A stretch of 64,000 nucleotides of DNA, taken from contig JANQRI010000005.1 of NCBI GenBank assembly GCA_028284675.1, positions 31,997-95,996 on the forward strand, given 5' to 3'. Shown here in pieces: positions 63,098-64,000 of this stretch. How positions within the stretch are numbered: the first letter of the stretch is position 1; each line of letters opens with the position of its first letter. The stretch is from Gammaproteobacteria bacterium (lineage in GTDB: Bacteria > Pseudomonadota > Gammaproteobacteria > HTCC5015). The translations under genes and the position numbers were made by a program. The notes under the pieces were generated by a model, which was not told the origin of the DNA, made no database searches, and saw only the letters and a list, made by a program, of their open reading frames with translations.

Positions 63098-64000
63098 ACG
63101 TGGCCGAGCAACATCCGCAACTCAGAGGCCGGCTGCTAACAAATGAGCCGTTATTAAAATATACATCCTGGCGTGTGGGTGGCCCGGCGGAGCGTTTGTA
63201 TAAACCGGCAGACCGGGATGACTTGCAGCTTTTTATGCAGCAGTTGTCATCAACAGAACCACTAACTTTTATTGGTTTGGGCAGCAATTTGCTGATACGT
63301 GACGGCGGAATAAGCGGAACGGTGATTGTTACCCAGAATGCGGTTAACCGATTGGAAATACATCATGAAAGTCAGACTTCCGTGACAGTCTATGCGGAAA
63401 CGGGCGTAAGTTGTGCTCAGCTTGCCAGATTTAGTGTAAAGCATGCATTGACCGGTGGTGAGTTTTTTGCCGGTATACCCGGTACTGTCGGTGGTGCTCT
63501 GGCGATGAACGCGGGGGCATTCGGCAGTGAAACATGGCAGTTTATTGAGCAGGTCGAAACATTAAGCCGCGCAGGTGAGACTCTGATGCGTTCTGCTGTG
63601 GATTATGAAATTGGGTACCGCAGTGTTAAGGGCTGTTCACAAGAGTGGTTTTTGGCGGGATATTTTCGTTTTACACATGACCCGGCTGCGGATGGTGAAG
63701 AGCGTATAAAAGCATTATTGAATAAGCGTGGTGCCACACAACCGATAGGTGTATACAGCTGCGGCTCGGTATTTCGTAATCCTCCCGGTGATCATGCGGC
63801 CCGCCTGATAGAGTCTGTCGGGCTTAAAAGCTATCGCATCGGTGGAGCAATGGTTTCCGAGAAGCATGCGAACTTTATTATCAATGACGCTGATGCAAGT
63901 GCTGCAGATATAGAGCAACTGATTTATCACGTGCAGGCTGAGGTTGAGGCTAAAACCGGTATTCGATTACAGCCGGAAGTACGGGTTGTGGGAGACTCCG
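63094..64000 (+). CDS. murB: UDP-N-acetylenolpyruvoylglucosamine reductase, 3'-truncated by window end
   Basis: Not in the ORF track because it has no stop in the window. GTG 63094 (GTGA overlap with the murC stop) opens VNVAEQHPQLRGRLLTNEPLLKYTSWRVGGPAERLY ... FIGLGSNLLIRDGG ... GSVFRNPPGD, typical of MurB. The frame stays open to 64000. Confidence 0.9.
   Translation, partial: MNVAEQHPQLRGRLLTNEPLLKYTSWRVGGPAERLYKPADRDDLQLFMQQLSSTEPLTFIGLGSNLLIRDGGISGTVIVTQNAVNRLEIHHESQTSVTVYAETGVSCAQLARFSVKHALTGGEFFAGIPGTVGGALAMNAGAFGSETWQFIEQVETLSRAGETLMRSAVDYEIGYRSVKGCSQEWFLAGYFRFTHDPAADGEERIKALLNKRGATQPIGVYSCGSVFRNPPGDHAARLIESVGLKSYRIGGAMVSEKHANFIINDADASAADIEQLIYHVQAEVEAKTGIRLQPEVRVVGDS

Overview
The gene content and order suggest a chromosomal segment from a gammaproteobacterium. 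Most of the window is conserved housekeeping DNA.

- **1-18 kb:** a pycA-pycB-maf operon, yceD-rpmF-plsX-fabH, uvrY/gacA-uvrC-pgsA-tRNA-Gly(GCC), and pcnB-folK-dNK-panBCD-pgi.
- **46.6-64 kb:** DUF427, dusA, a methyltransferase, RNase P RNA, and a complete, tightly packed dcw cluster (mraZ-rsmH-ftsL-ftsI-murE-murF-mraY-murD-ftsW-murG-murC-murB, truncated at the window end). The dcw cluster has a readable promoter and a MraZ-type operator.
- **18.15-46.5 kb (main candidate):** a ~28-kb, same-strand, enzyme-free block.
  - It opens with a nine-gene cluster of secreted or lipoprotein TPR and coiled-coil proteins, one ExbB/TolQ, two ExbD/TolR paralogues and an atypical TonB-like protein. Its order resembles the Myxococcus Agl-Glt/Nfs core.
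  - It is followed directly by a 4,235-aa DUF11-repeat surface protein with a Sec signal peptide.
  - That gene overlaps by 4 nt a 1,751-aa protein with three OmpA-like domains and a very large predicted beta-barrel.
  - The window holds no TonB-dependent receptor, T1SS, two-partner, usher or T9SS component.
  - I flag the block as a candidate undescribed proton-motive-force-coupled envelope and adhesin system.

No CRISPR array, IS element, integrase or prophage gene was seen. All functional calls come from motif recognition by eye and from synteny. No database search was run.
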